From assembly GCF_021054785.1 (NCBI RefSeq), contig NZ_CP088239.1, positions 2,220,001-2,252,000 of the forward strand: a stretch of DNA of 32,000 nucleotides. The letters are read 5' to 3'. This DNA is from Tannockella kyphosi (lineage in GTDB: Bacteria; Bacillota_I; Bacilli_A; Erysipelotrichales; Coprobacillaceae). Below, in pieces: positions 17,068-27,645 of this stretch. Positions within the stretch are counted from its first letter, which is position 1, and each line of letters begins with the position of its first letter. The position numbers and the translations under genes are program-made. The notes below the pieces were generated by a model, which had not been told where the DNA came from, did no database searches, and saw nothing but the letters and a program-made list of their open reading frames with translations.

Positions 17068-20000
17068 ATGGCAAACACAAATAATTTTTCTGCAATACAA
17101 ATTGGTTTAGCTTCTTCTGAAAAAATTCGTCAGTGGTCTTTTGGTGAAGTAAAAAAACCAGAAACAATTAACTATCGTTCTCAAAAACCAGAAAGGGACG
17201 GATTATTCTGTGAAAAGATTTTCGGTCCTTCAAAGGATTGGGAATGTAGCTGTGGTAAATACAAAAAAGTGAGATATAAAGGTGTTGTATGTGATCGTTG
17301 TGGTGTAGAAGTAACAAAATCTGCCGTAAGACGTGAACGTATGGGACATATTGAATTGGCTACGCCAATTGCTCATATTTGGTATTTAAAAGGGATTCCT
17401 TCAAGAATGGGTCTTATCTTAGATATGTCACCGAAACAATTAGAAGCAATTATTTATTTTGTTTCTTATGTTGTTATTGATAAAGGAACTACACCATTAG
17501 AGTATAAACAAGTTTTATCAGATAGAGATTATCGTAAATGTTATGAACAATTTGGAAACTCTTTTAAAGCCCAAATTGGTGCGGAAGCAATTCAAACATT
17601 ATTACAACAAGTAGATTTAGATGCTGAATTTGAATCAGTAACAAAAGATTTAAAAGAAGCACAAGGACAAAAAAGAACAAAACTTATTAAACGATTAGAA
17701 GCTATTGAAGCATTCCGTAGTTCAGATAATCATCCTGATTGGATGATTATGGAAGCTTTACCCGTTATTCCACCTGATTTAAGACCAATGTTACAATTAG
17801 ATGGAGGACGTTTTGCTACTAGTGATTTAAATGACTTATATCGTCGTGTTATTACACGTAATAATCGTTTAAAGAAATTATTAGAATTAGGAACACCTTC
17901 TATTATCGTACAAAATGAAAAACGTATGTTACAAGAAGCTGTTGATGCCTTAATTGATAATGGTCGTCGTTCAAAACCAATTACTGGTGCTGGCGGACGT
18001 GCTTTAAAATCATTAAGTCATACTTTAAAAGGGAAACAAGGTCGTTTCCGTCAAAACTTACTTGGTAAACGTGTTGACTATTCAGGACGTTCAGTTATCG
18101 CTGTTGGACCAGATTTAAAAATGTTCCAATGTGGTATCCCTCGTGAAATGGCATTAAACTTATTTAAACCATTCGTAATCGAAGGAATTACTCGTCAAGA
18201 GTTAGCTACAAACATTAAATCTGCAGAACGTTTAATTGATAAAATGGATGACCGTATTTGGCCAATCGTTGAAGAAGTAATCAAAGAACACCCAGTATTA
18301 TTAAACCGTGCACCAACATTACACCGTTTAGGGATTCAAGCATTTGAACCTAAATTAGTAGAAGGTCGTGCAATTCGTTTACATCCATTAGTAACACCTG
18401 CATTTAATGCCGACTTTGATGGAGACCAAATGGCTGTCCATGTTCCTTTAGGAAAAGAAGCAATTCAAGAAGCTCGTCAATTAATGTTAGGTTCTAACAA
18501 TATCTTAGGTCCAAAAGATGGAAAACCTATCGTTACTCCATCTCAGGATATGGTACTTGGGAACTACTATTTAACTTTAGAAGATCCTCAAGCTCCTGGT
18601 GAAGGTTCTATCTTTGCAGATAGAAGTGAAGTAATGCATGCATATAATGCAAAAGCTGTTCATTTACATTCACGTATTGCTATTCGTGCGAGTGCTTTAG
18701 AAAACCGTACGTTTACAGAAGCTCAAAATAGTAATTTTTTAATTACTACTGTTGGGAAAGTATTCTTTAATGAAATTTTTGATGGGGCATTCCCATTCAT
18801 TAATGAACCAGGAATGGATAACTTAGTTGCTACTCCTGATAAATATTTTGTTCCTACAGGAACAAATATTAAAGAACATATTGCTAGTCAAAAAATTGTG
18901 AAACCTTTAAATAAAAAAGCATTAGAAAGAATCATCAATGAAGTGTTCAAAAACTCAGAGATGTCAAATACAAGTATTATGCTTGATAAACTAAAAGATC
19001 AAGGTTTCTACTATTCTACGATTGCTGGTATTACTGTATCGGTATACGATATCCAAGTACCGGAAGCAAAATATGCTTTATTTGATAAAGCAGATGCTAA
19101 ATTAGAAGAAATCAAAGGATATTATCGTAAAGGTAAAATCACGGAAGAAGAAAGAAAACAAATTGTTATCCGTTTATGGAATAACGTAAAAGACCAAGTA
19201 CAGGACGTAGTTAAAGAAGAGTTCGAAGCTGATACTAAGAATCCAATCTTCATCATGTCTGACTCTGGTGCCCGTGGGAATATCTCAAACTTTACGCAGC
19301 TAGTAGGTATGCGTGGTCTGATGTCCAATCCAAAAGGGGAAACAATTGAGTTACCTATCAAATCTTCCTTCAGAGAAGGTTTAACTGCATCGGAATTCTT
19401 TATCTCGACACATGGTGCCAGAAAAGGATCTACCGATACTGCCTTAAAGACAGCCGATTCAGGTTACTTAACAAGACGTTTAGTAGACGTTTCTCAAGAA
19501 GTAATTGTTTCAGAAGAAGATTGTCATACTGACCGTGGATTCATGGTTGCAGCATTAACAAATACAAGTGATGGTTCAATAATCGTGCCTTTAAAAGACC
19601 GTTTAATTGGACGTTATTCACAAAAAGATATCGTCCATCCAGAAACAGGTGCATTAATTGTTGGGGCTAGTGAAATAATTACAGAAATAATTGCAGATGA
19701 AATTGATCTTGCAGGTATTCAAGAAGTTGAAATCCGTTCTGTATTAGGATGTAGTTCAAAACGTGGTGTATGTCAAAAATGTTATGGTCGTAACTTAGCA
19801 ACTGGTGAAGTTGTAGAAGTTGGTGAAACAGTTGGTATTATGGCTGCACAATCAATCGGAGAACCTGGTACACAGTTAACAATGCGTACTTTCCACATGG
19901 GTGGGGTTGCCGGTGGTGCCGATATCACACAAGGGTTACCTCGTATCCAAGAGTTATTTGAAGCAAGAAACCCAAAAGCAAAATCAATCATTAGTGAAAT

Positions 20001-20727
20001 CGATGGAACAGTAACTGCTATTGTTGACAATGGTGGTCGTAGTGAAGTTGTTGTTACTAACGATTTAGAAACAAAAACATACTTAGCTCCTTATGGTGCT
20101 AAACTTCGTGTAAGTGTAGATGATACAATCAAAGTCGGTGCAAAAGTAACAGAAGGTTCTATTGATCCTAAAGAGTTATTAGCTGTAGCAGACTTAGAAA
20201 CAGTAGAAAACTATATCTTAAAAGAAGTACAAAAAGTATATCGTATTCAAGGGATTGAAATTTCTGATAAACATATCGAAGTTATTGTAAAACAAATGTT
20301 ACGTAAAATGCGTATTGTAGAAGGTGGGGACACTGGATCATTACCAGGAACACACATTAATGTTACTGACTTTACTGAATTAAATAGAGAATCTTTAATT
20401 AATGGAGGACGTCCTGCAGTAGCTAGACCAATCTTATTAGGGATTACAAAAGCTTCTTTAGAAACAGAATCATTCTTATCTGCTGCTTCTTTCCAAGAAA
20501 CAACAAAAATCTTAACAGATGCATCAATTAAAGGTAAAAAAGATTACTTAACAGGATTAAAAGAAAATGTATTAATTGGTAAATTATTACCAGCTGGTAC
20601 AGGTTTACGTGGTCCTTTACAAGCAAAAGAAGAAATAGAAGAAAAAGAAGTTTATGATGATGACGAAGAAGCAGATCAATACTTCAATGATTATGATGAG
20701 TACTTAAAAGAAGAACAAGTGGGTTAA
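17068..20727 (+). CDS. rpoC: DNA-directed RNA polymerase beta' subunit
   Basis: 1219 aa with zinc-binding CSCGKY...CDRCGVEV, the catalytic [12 protein letters not shown] motif and the [10 protein letters not shown] trigger-loop region. Confidence 0.98.
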   Translation: MANTNNFSAIQIGLASSEKIRQWSFGEVKKPETINYRSQKPERDGLFCEKIFGPSKDWECSCGKYKKVRYKGVVCDRCGVEVTKSAVRRERMGHIELATPIAHIWYLKGIPSRMGLILDMSPKQLEAIIYFVSYVVIDKGTTPLEYKQVLSDRDYRKCYEQFGNSFKAQIGAEAIQTLLQQVDLDAEFESVTKDLKEAQGQKRTKLIKRLEAIEAFRSSDNHPDWMIMEALPVIPPDLRPMLQLDGGRFATSDLNDLYRRVITRNNRLKKLLELGTPSIIVQNEKRMLQEAVDALIDNGRRSKPITGAGGRALKSLSHTLKGKQGRFRQNLLGKRVDYSGRSVIAVGPDLKMFQCGIPREMALNLFKPFVIEGITRQELATNIKSAERLIDKMDDRIWPIVEEVIKEHPVLLNRAPTLHRLGIQAFEPKLVEGRAIRLHPLVTPAFNADFDGDQMAVHVPLGKEAIQEARQLMLGSNNILGPKDGKPIVTPSQDMVLGNYYLTLEDPQAPGEGSIFADRSEVMHAYNAKAVHLHSRIAIRASALENRTFTEAQNSNFLITTVGKVFFNEIFDGAFPFINEPGMDNLVATPDKYFVPTGTNIKEHIASQKIVKPLNKKALERIINEVFKNSEMSNTSIMLDKLKDQGFYYSTIAGITVSVYDIQVPEAKYALFDKADAKLEEIKGYYRKGKITEEERKQIVIRLWNNVKDQVQDVVKEEFEADTKNPIFIMSDSGARGNISNFTQLVGMRGLMSNPKGETIELPIKSSFREGLTASEFFISTHGARKGSTDTALKTADSGYLTRRLVDVSQEVIVSEEDCHTDRGFMVAALTNTSDGSIIVPLKDRLIGRYSQKDIVHPETGALIVGASEIITEIIADEIDLAGIQEVEIRSVLGCSSKRGVCQKCYGRNLATGEVVEVGETVGIMAAQSIGEPGTQLTMRTFHMGGVAGGADITQGLPRIQELFEARNPKAKSIISEIDGTVTAIVDNGGRSEVVVTNDLETKTYLAPYGAKLRVSVDDTIKVGAKVTEGSIDPKELLAVADLETVENYILKEVQKVYRIQGIEISDKHIEVIVKQMLRKMRIVEGGDTGSLPGTHINVTDFTELNRESLINGGRPAVARPILLGITKASLETESFLSAASFQETTKILTDASIKGKKDYLTGLKENVLIGKLLPAGTGLRGPLQAKEEIEEKEVYDDDEEADQYFNDYDEYLKEEQVG

Positions 20728-20745
20728 CTCCTACTTGTTTTTTTT
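20714..20745 (+). terminator. Rho-independent terminator of rpoBC (stem overlaps the last rpoC codons)
   Basis: aacaagtggg-ttaact-cctacttgtt followed by T8 (20738-20745). Confidence 0.7.
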
Positions 20746-20781
20746 GGCGCTTTAAAATCTAGCGGGGTTTAGCATAAAAAA

Positions 20782-20828
20782 GCTTTAAAATAGAGCGGGG
20801 ATAATCTTCCCCGCTCTATTTTTAAAGC
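20782..20828 (-). terminator. Near-perfect 19-bp hairpin downstream of the transposase gene; terminator on the - strand
   Basis: gctttaaaatagagcgggg-ataatctt-ccccgctctatttttaaagc. On the - strand it is followed by T6. Both arms resemble the IS terminal repeats. Confidence 0.55.
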
Positions 20829-20854
20829 CAATGCGAACATAAATTACAGTTTTT

Positions 20855-22210
20855 TTATTTTTTCGATTTTTTGTAGGGTCCCCTTGGTGATCCTACTCTT
20901 TTTATTCTGGTAGAATGTTCACTTATAGTATATGTTTCGTATAAGTTTTGAGAGTAGATGAACTTATTTCGGGCTCTTTGGAAATTACTTAGCCCATTCC
21001 CGTTGCTTATGATCTTTTTGATATAGTTGTTTTTCCCTTCTATAGGTCCATTGGATAATCTTCGATTATCTATCCAGTGAAAAGAATTTAATATCTCTAC
21101 TTTCCAATTTTTTAAAGTGCTTGCACAGTCTATCATTTCTTGGATGTTGGATAGAAGCATCTTCTTGATTAAAGAATCTAATTCTTGTTCTTTCTTTTCT
21201 CTGGAAACAAATGTAGTTGAGTCATCATCTTGAAAAGCAATAAACTCTTCTTTTATCTTATATGCGTTATGTAAAACATCGCTAATATTTAATAGCTCTC
21301 TTAGTAGTGCTGTTTTTGTGGTTGTATACTTTAGTAAGTAATCATAGTATAAATTCTCAAAGTCTAGAGTGTCCTTATTTTTTAATAGTATGTAATATCT
21401 ACTTTTGAGCAGTTTATATTCTAATTTGTCTTTATCTTCACTAAAGGAACGCATAATACGTTTTCTCACACTGTTCAAAGAATCAGTTACTTTTTTTGTT
21501 GCATGGAATGGATCAATAGAAATAACTGCATCGGGAAAGAAAATATGTGCTATATCAGCATAATTTTGATACATATCAATGATAATATATTTTACTTTCT
21601 CTCTTTCTTTTAAAGGAATACTAAAAAAATAGTTGGTTAAGTCTTCGTTCCATCTAGATTCTACTATATCAATAATATACTTTTTACGAAAATCCATGAT
21701 CATAAAAGCGTATTTTTTTTCAGCGTGTCGGTTGAAATAAAATTCATCCCAACAGAGTATATCGGTTAATTGTTTTCTAGGTATTTGAACATGTTTGTCA
21801 AAAATATCAACAACTGTACCAACAGAAACATGATACTTAGAAGCAATACTAGAATAGGTAGCTGTATAAGGCTTCAAGTCATTTAATATATTAATGATAG
21901 TAGTAGGAGTTAGTGTTTTTCTACTGTTTCCAAAAGGATTAGGTTCAATAAAAGTTTTCTTACAGTGATTGCATTTATAACGACGCTGACGATAGAATAT
22001 AGTAGTATCACAATGAATAATAACTTTATGTTTTAATTCTCTAGTTTTATAATCTTTTACAGTGCTTGTAATGGAACCACAGTGAGGACAGACTTGTTTT
22101 CTTTGTTTGAAAGTTACTAGGAAATCAGAATGATTTGATTGAACAACAGAATCAATGAATTGTATATCTTGTGCTTTTAAATCTAAAAGATTAATGATAA
22201 AATCGTACAT
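20855..22210 (-). CDS. ISL3-family transposase
   Basis: 451 aa with an N-terminal zinc finger (CPHCGS...YKCNHCKKTF.E) and a DDE_Tnp_ISL3-like core (WDEF...IIIDMY...IDPFH...NGPIEGKNNYIK). Confidence 0.93.
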   Translation of the reverse strand: MYDFIINLLDLKAQDIQFIDSVVQSNHSDFLVTFKQRKQVCPHCGSITSTVKDYKTRELKHKVIIHCDTTIFYRQRRYKCNHCKKTFIEPNPFGNSRKTLTPTTIINILNDLKPYTATYSSIASKYHVSVGTVVDIFDKHVQIPRKQLTDILCWDEFYFNRHAEKKYAFMIMDFRKKYIIDIVESRWNEDLTNYFFSIPLKEREKVKYIIIDMYQNYADIAHIFFPDAVISIDPFHATKKVTDSLNSVRKRIMRSFSEDKDKLEYKLLKSRYYILLKNKDTLDFENLYYDYLLKYTTTKTALLRELLNISDVLHNAYKIKEEFIAFQDDDSTTFVSREKKEQELDSLIKKMLLSNIQEMIDCASTLKNWKVEILNSFHWIDNRRLSNGPIEGKNNYIKKIISNGNGLSNFQRARNKFIYSQNLYETYTISEHSTRIKRVGSPRGPYKKSKK

Positions 22211-22263
22211 AGAATCTCCTTTCTTTTAATTTTGTTCGCAAACTAATTATAACAGGAGATTCT
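22211..22263 (-). promoter_or_regulatory. 10-bp hairpin pairing the transposase Shine-Dalgarno sequence with an upstream complement; a TATAAT box lies in the loop
   Basis: On the - strand, AGAATCTCCT (22263-22254), a 33-nt loop containing TATAAT (22251-22246), then AGGAGATTCT (22220-22211), then ATG. Confidence 0.5.
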
Positions 22264-22406
22264 TTTTTTGCATAAAATCACCCCACACTAGATTTAAAGC
22301 GCTAAATTTAAGCGAAAGAAAAGACCCCGACTTATATTTAAAGCCTAGGTCCTTCCCCGCGATAATTTAATATACCTTTTTTTTTTATCTTTTTTAACAA
22401 AATATA

Positions 22407-22435
22407 TTGACTTTATCATAAAAATATTCTATTAT
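22407..22435 (+). promoter_or_regulatory. Sigma-A promoter of the str operon (rpsL-rpsG-fusA-tuf)
   Basis: TTGACT (22407-22412), 17-nt spacer, TATTAT (22430-22435). Confidence 0.6.
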
Positions 22436-22524
22436 TGTTTTCGGTGCCTGTAATAGGTACAAATATAAATGATATTTATGAAACACACGGAATAGTGTGT
22501 TTGATGAGAAAGGAGAACCAAAGA

Positions 22525-22938
22525 ATGCCTACAATTAACCAATTAGTAAGAAAAGGTCGTACGGACAAAACAACAAAATCAAAATCACCAGCGTTAAATA
22601 GAGGTTTAAACTCTTTAGCTAAAAAAACTACTGAAACTAAATCACCTCAAAAACGTGGTGTTTGTACTCGTGTTGCTACTATGACACCTAAAAAACCTAA
22701 CTCGGCTTTACGTAAATATGCCCGTGTTAGATTATCTAACGGTATGGAAGTAACAGCTTATATCCCAGGGATCGGACACAACTTACAAGAACATAGTGTT
22801 GTATTAATCCGTGGAGGACGTGTTAAAGACTTACCAGGGGTTCGTTACCATATTATTCGTGGTACAATGGACTGTGCTGGAGTTGCTAACCGTAAACAAA
22901 GCCGCTCTTTATATGGAGCAAAAAGACCAAAACAATAA
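22525..22938 (+). CDS. rpsL: 30S ribosomal protein S12 (start moved to the internal ATG)
   Basis: [12 protein letters not shown] is the canonical S12 N-terminus and is preceded by AAAGGAGAA. The upstream 30 codons of the track ORF overlap the promoter and leader. Confidence 0.95.
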   Translation: MPTINQLVRKGRTDKTTKSKSPALNRGLNSLAKKTTETKSPQKRGVCTRVATMTPKKPNSALRKYARVRLSNGMEVTAYIPGIGHNLQEHSVVLIRGGRVKDLPGVRYHIIRGTMDCAGVANRKQSRSLYGAKRPKQ

Positions 22939-22966
22939 TCAAGTATATTAAGAAGGAGGAAAAAGT

Positions 22967-23437
22967 ATGTCAAGAAAAGGACAAATCGCAAAAAGAGATG
23001 TTTTACCTGATCCAGTGTACAATTCGAAAACTATTTCTAAGTTAATCAATAACATTATGCTTGATGGTAAAAAAGGTGTTGCACAAAACATCTTATATGA
23101 TGCATTTAATAAAATTGAAGTAAAAACTGGAAAACCAGCAATGGAAGTTTTTGATCAAGCTATCAACAACATTATGCCAGTTCTTGAGTTAAAAGTGAGA
23201 CGTGTTGGTGGAGCTAACTACCAAGTACCAGTTGAAGTTTCTAACGAAAGAAGAATGACATTAGGTTTAAGATGGTTAGTAAATTATTCTCGTTTAAGAA
23301 ACGAAAACACAATGGTGGATCGTTTAGCAAACGAAATTATTGATGCTTCTAACGGAGCAGGTGCTTCTGTTAAAAAGAAAGAAGACACTCATAAAATGGC
23401 TGAAGCTAATAAAGCATTCGCTCATTTCCGTTGGTAA
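22967..23437 (+). CDS. rpsG: 30S ribosomal protein S7
   Basis: 156 aa: [21 protein letters not shown]...[19 protein letters not shown]...AHFRW. Confidence 0.97.
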   Translation: MSRKGQIAKRDVLPDPVYNSKTISKLINNIMLDGKKGVAQNILYDAFNKIEVKTGKPAMEVFDQAINNIMPVLELKVRRVGGANYQVPVEVSNERRMTLGLRWLVNYSRLRNENTMVDRLANEIIDASNGAGASVKKKEDTHKMAEANKAFAHFRW

Positions 23438-23470
23438 AATAAGTTTAAATAAACTAGAAGGGAGACTATT

Positions 23471-25546
23471 ATGGCTCGTGAATTTTCATTAGAAAAAACT
23501 CGTAATATAGGTATCATGGCTCATATTGATGCTGGTAAAACAACAACAACTGAACGTGTACTTTATTACACTGGTAAAATCCACAAAATCGGAGAAACTC
23601 ATGAAGGAGCTTCTCAAATGGACTGGATGGAACAAGAGCAAGAACGTGGAATTACAATTACATCTGCTGCAACTACTGCACAATGGAATGGTTACCGCGT
23701 AAACATCATCGACACTCCAGGTCACGTTGACTTCACTGTAGAAGTAGAACGTTCTTTACGTGTATTAGATGGTGCTGTTACAGTATTAGACTCTAAAGCT
23801 GGAGTTGAACCTCAAACTGAAACAGTTTGGCGTCAAGCTACAACTTATGGAGTACCACGTATCGTATTCTGTAACAAAATGGATGCAACAGGTGCTGATT
23901 TTATCATGTCTGTTGAATCATTAGGAAAAAGATTAGCTGCTAATGCAGTTGCTATTCAATTACCAATTGGTGCAGAAGATCACTTTGAAGGAATTATTGA
24001 CTTAATCAGAATGGTTGCAGTTTATAATACCGATGAAAAAGGTGAACATCAAGAAGATAGACCTATCCCTGACGATATGTTAGAGTTAGCTCAAGAATAT
24101 CATGCTAAAATGTTAGATGCTGCTGCATCTTACGATGATGATCTTATGATGAAAGTATTAGAAGAAGAAGAAGTAACAGAAGCTGAAATCAAAGCTGCTA
24201 TCCGTAAAGGTGTATTAGCTGTAGATTTATTCCCAGTAATCTGTGGTTCTGCTTATAAAAACAAAGGTGTTCAACAAATGTTAGATGCAGTTATTGATTT
24301 CTTACCTGCACCAACAGATATCGAATCTATCAAAGGAATCGATGAAAATGAAAATGAAATTGCTAGACATGCAGATGATGATGAACCATTCTCAGCATTA
24401 GCTTTCAAAATCATGGCTGACCCATTTGTAGGAAGATTAACTTTCTTCCGTGTATATTCAGGTACTGTTGAATCTGGATCATACGTATTAAACTCAACAA
24501 AAGATAAAAAAGAACGTTTAGGACGTATTCTTCAAATGCATGCGAATAAACGTGAAGAAATTCAAAAAGTATATGCAGGAGATATCGCTGCAGCAGTTGG
24601 TTTCAAAAACACAACTACTGGAGATACTATCTGTGATGAAAAGAATTTCGTTATCTTAGAAAAAATGGAATTCCCAGAACCAGTTATCGAACTTGCTATT
24701 GAACCAAAAACAAAACAAGACCAAGATAAATTAGGTTTAGGATTATCTAAATTAGCGGAAGAAGATCCAACATTTAGAACATTTACTAACCCAGAAACTG
24801 GAGATACAGTTATCGCTGGTATGGGTGAGTTACATTTAGATGTAATCGTTGACCGTTTAAGAAGAGAATACAAAGTAGAAGCAAACGTAGGAGCTCCACA
24901 AGTAGCATATAGAGAAACAATTAAATCTAGTGCTGAATGTGAAGGTAAATATGTAAAACAATCAGGTGGACGTGGACAATACGGACACGTATGGATCAAA
25001 TACGAACCTAATGAAGGTAAAGGATTTGAATTCGTTGATGCTATCGTTGGGGGATCTGTACCAAGAGAATATATCAACTCAATCCGTGTAGGATTAGAAG
25101 ATGCATTAGCTACAGGTATGATCGCTGGTTATCCAGTATTAGATATCAAAGCAACATTATTCGATGGTTCTTACCATGATGTCGATTCTTCGGAAATGGC
25201 ATATAAAGTTGCTGCAAGTATGTCTTTAAAAGCTGCAGGTAAAAAATGTGATCCTGTAATTTTAGAACCAATCATGGCAGTAGAAGTAACAGCACCTGCT
25301 GAATACTTAGGTAGCGTAATGGGTGACGTGTCATCTAGACGTGGTATGATCGAAGGACAAGAAGAAAGAGGAAACGCGATTACAGTACAATCAAGTGTAC
25401 CTTTATCAGAAATGTTCGGTTATGCAACTGATTTACGTTCATTCACTCAAGGACGTGGTAACTACACAATGATCTTCGATCGTTATGAACCAGTTCCAAA
25501 GAGTATTCGTGATGAAATTATCAAGAAAAATGGTGGAAATAAGTAA
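23471..25546 (+). CDS. fusA: Elongation factor G
   Basis: 691 aa with [20 protein letters not shown] and NKMD G-motifs, and domain [11 protein letters not shown]. Confidence 0.98.
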   Translation: MAREFSLEKTRNIGIMAHIDAGKTTTTERVLYYTGKIHKIGETHEGASQMDWMEQEQERGITITSAATTAQWNGYRVNIIDTPGHVDFTVEVERSLRVLDGAVTVLDSKAGVEPQTETVWRQATTYGVPRIVFCNKMDATGADFIMSVESLGKRLAANAVAIQLPIGAEDHFEGIIDLIRMVAVYNTDEKGEHQEDRPIPDDMLELAQEYHAKMLDAAASYDDDLMMKVLEEEEVTEAEIKAAIRKGVLAVDLFPVICGSAYKNKGVQQMLDAVIDFLPAPTDIESIKGIDENENEIARHADDDEPFSALAFKIMADPFVGRLTFFRVYSGTVESGSYVLNSTKDKKERLGRILQMHANKREEIQKVYAGDIAAAVGFKNTTTGDTICDEKNFVILEKMEFPEPVIELAIEPKTKQDQDKLGLGLSKLAEEDPTFRTFTNPETGDTVIAGMGELHLDVIVDRLRREYKVEANVGAPQVAYRETIKSSAECEGKYVKQSGGRGQYGHVWIKYEPNEGKGFEFVDAIVGGSVPREYINSIRVGLEDALATGMIAGYPVLDIKATLFDGSYHDVDSSEMAYKVAASMSLKAAGKKCDPVILEPIMAVEVTAPAEYLGSVMGDVSSRRGMIEGQEERGNAITVQSSVPLSEMFGYATDLRSFTQGRGNYTMIFDRYEPVPKSIRDEIIKKNGGNK

Positions 25547-25629
25547 TACAAATAGGTATTGATTTTTACCAATAAATACTTTAAAATGTATTTGTACAAA
25601 AAATAGAACTTATATAGGAGGAACCTTAA

Positions 25630-26814
25630 ATGGCTAAAGAAAAATTTGACCGATCAAAAGCACATGTTAATATCGGAACTATTGGTCACGTTGACCACGG
25701 TAAAACAACATTAACTGCTGCTATTACTACAGTATTATCAAAAGACGGAGGAGCACAAGCAATGGATTACGCTGCTATCGATGCTGCCCCAGAAGAAAAA
25801 GAACGTGGAATTACAATCAACACTGCTCACGTTGAGTACCAAACTGAATCTCGTCACTATGCTCATGTTGACTGTCCAGGTCATGCTGACTACATCAAAA
25901 ACATGATCACTGGTGCTGCACAAATGGATGGAGCTATCTTAGTAGTTGCTGCTACTGATGGACCTATGCCTCAAACTAGAGAACATATCTTATTATCTCG
26001 TCAAGTAGGTGTACCTTACATCATCGTATTCTTAAACAAATGCGATATGGTTGATGACGAAGAATTATTAGAATTAGTAGAAATGGAAGTTAGAGAATTA
26101 TTAGCTGACTACGATTTCCCAGGTGATGACACTCCAGTTATCAAAGGATCTGCATTAAAAGCTTTAGAAGGAGATGACCAATGGGTACCAGCAATTCATG
26201 AATTAATGGCTGCTGTAGATTCATATATTCCAACTCCAACTAGAGATACTGACAAACCATTCTTAATGCCAGTAGAAGACGTTTTCACAATCACAGGTCG
26301 TGGAACTGTTGCTACAGGAAGAGTAGAACGTGGACAAGTTAAATTAAATGATGAATTAGAAATCATTGGTATCACTGATACTGGTAAAACAGTTGCTACA
26401 GGTATCGAAATGTTCCGTAAATTATTAGATTACGCAGAAGCAGGAGATAACGTAGGGGTTTTATTAAGAGGTGTTAACCGTGAACAAATCCAACGTGGAC
26501 AAGTATTAGCTAAACCTGGTTCAGTTAATCCACACAAAAAATTCAAATGTCAAGTTTATATCTTATCAAAAGAAGAAGGCGGACGTCATACTCCATTCTT
26601 TGGAAACTATAGACCACAATTCTATTTCAGAACTACTGACGTAACTGGTGTAATCGAGTTACCAGAAGGTGTTGAAATGGTAATGCCTGGAGATAACGTA
26701 GAAATTACTGTAGATTTAATTTCACCAATCGCTATCGAAGAAGGTACTAAATTCTCAATCCGTGAAGGTGGTAGAACTGTTGGTGCTGGTAACGTTTCAA
26801 ACATTATTGAATAA
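25630..26814 (+). CDS. tuf: Elongation factor Tu
   Basis: 394 aa with [25 protein letters not shown] and SAL G-motifs. Confidence 0.98.
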   Translation: MAKEKFDRSKAHVNIGTIGHVDHGKTTLTAAITTVLSKDGGAQAMDYAAIDAAPEEKERGITINTAHVEYQTESRHYAHVDCPGHADYIKNMITGAAQMDGAILVVAATDGPMPQTREHILLSRQVGVPYIIVFLNKCDMVDDEELLELVEMEVRELLADYDFPGDDTPVIKGSALKALEGDDQWVPAIHELMAAVDSYIPTPTRDTDKPFLMPVEDVFTITGRGTVATGRVERGQVKLNDELEIIGITDTGKTVATGIEMFRKLLDYAEAGDNVGVLLRGVNREQIQRGQVLAKPGSVNPHKKFKCQVYILSKEEGGRHTPFFGNYRPQFYFRTTDVTGVIELPEGVEMVMPGDNVEITVDLISPIAIEEGTKFSIREGGRTVGAGNVSNIIE

Positions 26815-26830
26815 TTGTTACTTAAACTTT

Positions 26831-26858
26831 AAAAGATACTGCATGCAGTATCTTTTTT
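26831..26858 (+). terminator. Rho-independent terminator after tuf
   Basis: aaaagatactgca/tgcagtatctttt palindrome followed by a T-run. Confidence 0.8.
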
Positions 26859-26946
26859 AATTGTCTTTTCAGAAGAAAACATACATCTTCTTTCTAGTTG
26901 TTTACACAATTATTTTATTTCGTAAATAGAAAAAAAGCATATTTAG

Positions 26947-26976
26947 TTGAAAATATGAGCTTAATTATGGTATTAT
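26947..26976 (+). promoter_or_regulatory. Candidate promoter for the PTS EIIA gene
   Basis: TTGAAA, 18-nt spacer ending in TGG, TATTAT. Confidence 0.35.
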
Positions 26977-27026
26977 ATATAGGCAGATAGAAATCTGAAA
27001 TTTAGGTAATATAAGGAGACACCGAA

Positions 27027-27335
27027 ATGGATGCACAAGAACAAATCGTAATTAACTTAATCGTAAACAGTGGTAGCGCACGTAGCTCAGCTATTGAAGC
27101 GATTCAATATGCAAAAGCGGGAGATCAAGCAAAAGCTGAAGAGTCTTTACAACAAGCAAAAGAAACTGTAAACGAAGCTCATCATGCACAAACTGAATTA
27201 ATCCAAGCTGAAATCCGTGGAGAAAAAGCACCATTAAACTTATTAATGGTACATGCTCAAGATCATTTAATGACTTCTTTAGTTGTTATTGACTTAGCAC
27301 AAGAATTTATTGACTTATATAACAAAGTTGGATAG
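27027..27335 (+). CDS. PTS lactose/cellobiose-family EIIA component (PTS_IIA type 3)
   Basis: 102 aa three-helix-bundle-type sequence with SARS.AIEA...A....L..A....EAH..QTELIQ and the phospho-His region VHAQDHLMTS. Confidence 0.85.
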   Translation: MDAQEQIVINLIVNSGSARSSAIEAIQYAKAGDQAKAEESLQQAKETVNEAHHAQTELIQAEIRGEKAPLNLLMVHAQDHLMTSLVVIDLAQEFIDLYNKVG

Positions 27336-27358
27336 TCAATAAAACAACAGAATAACAT

Positions 27359-27389
27359 AAAAAACAATCATTAATTTGATTGTTTTTTT
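27359..27389 (+). terminator. Rho-independent terminator after the EIIA gene
   Basis: acaatca-ttaatt-tgattgt followed by T6. Confidence 0.75.
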
Positions 27390-27467
27390 GTTTAAAAAGC
27401 CCCAAAAACATAAAAAAGAATGATAGAATCAAAGGAAAATGAAGGAATAAAAAAAGCATAAAAAAGC

Positions 27468-27496
27468 TTTACAAGACTAGGGTGTTATGATATTAT
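27468..27496 (+). promoter_or_regulatory. rrn promoter P1 (candidate)
   Basis: TTTACA, 17-nt spacer ending in TGa (extended -10), TATTAT, then AAA. Confidence 0.5.
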
Positions 27497-27568
27497 AAAT
27501 GGGCACTCAACAAAAGGGATGTGACAAAAAAGAACGAAGTTGAAAAACAAAAAAAGTTCAAAAAGTCA

Positions 27569-27597
27569 TTGACAAAAAAGAGTGAATCAAGTATTAT
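27569..27597 (+). promoter_or_regulatory. rrn promoter P2 (candidate)
   Basis: TTGACA, 17-nt spacer, TATTAT, then AAA. Confidence 0.55.
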
Positions 27598-27628
27598 AAA
27601 CAAGTCGGCAAAAACAAAAGACGACAAG

Positions 27629-27645
27629 AGAGATCATTGAAAACT
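27629..27645 (+). promoter_or_regulatory. boxA-like antitermination element in the rrn leader
   Basis: agagatcattgaaaact is identical over 17 nt to 29354-29370. It resembles the Firmicute rrn motif ..TCTTTGAAAACT... Confidence 0.5.

Larger units (their letters stand above)
20746..22376 (-). mobile_element. ISL3-family insertion sequence (outer boundaries inferred)
   Basis: A single ISL3-type transposase gene. The 22-nt termini GGCGCTTTAAAATCTAGCGGGG (20746-20767) and the reverse complement of 22355-22376, GGTATATTAAATTATCGCGGGG, match ungapped at 15/22. T8 runs directly abut both ends, consistent with the 8-bp duplication expected for ISL3. An alternative inner right end lies at 22281-22302. 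Confidence 0.65.

Noticed and set aside
22435-22524. The 30-codon N-terminal extension of the S12 ORF in the six-frame track ([10 protein letters not shown]...)
   Set aside because: It overlaps the -10 box and the structured leader. The canonical S12 N-terminus [12 protein letters not shown] begins at the ATG at 22525, which has a good RBS.
13672-25077. Antisense ORFs inside rpoB, rpoC and fusA (13672-14061, 15787-16137, 19122-19361, 19782-20030, 24562-25077 and others)
   Set aside because: Each is embedded opposite a highly conserved gene and lacks a start context. Such ORFs are a typical by-product of codon bias in long genes.
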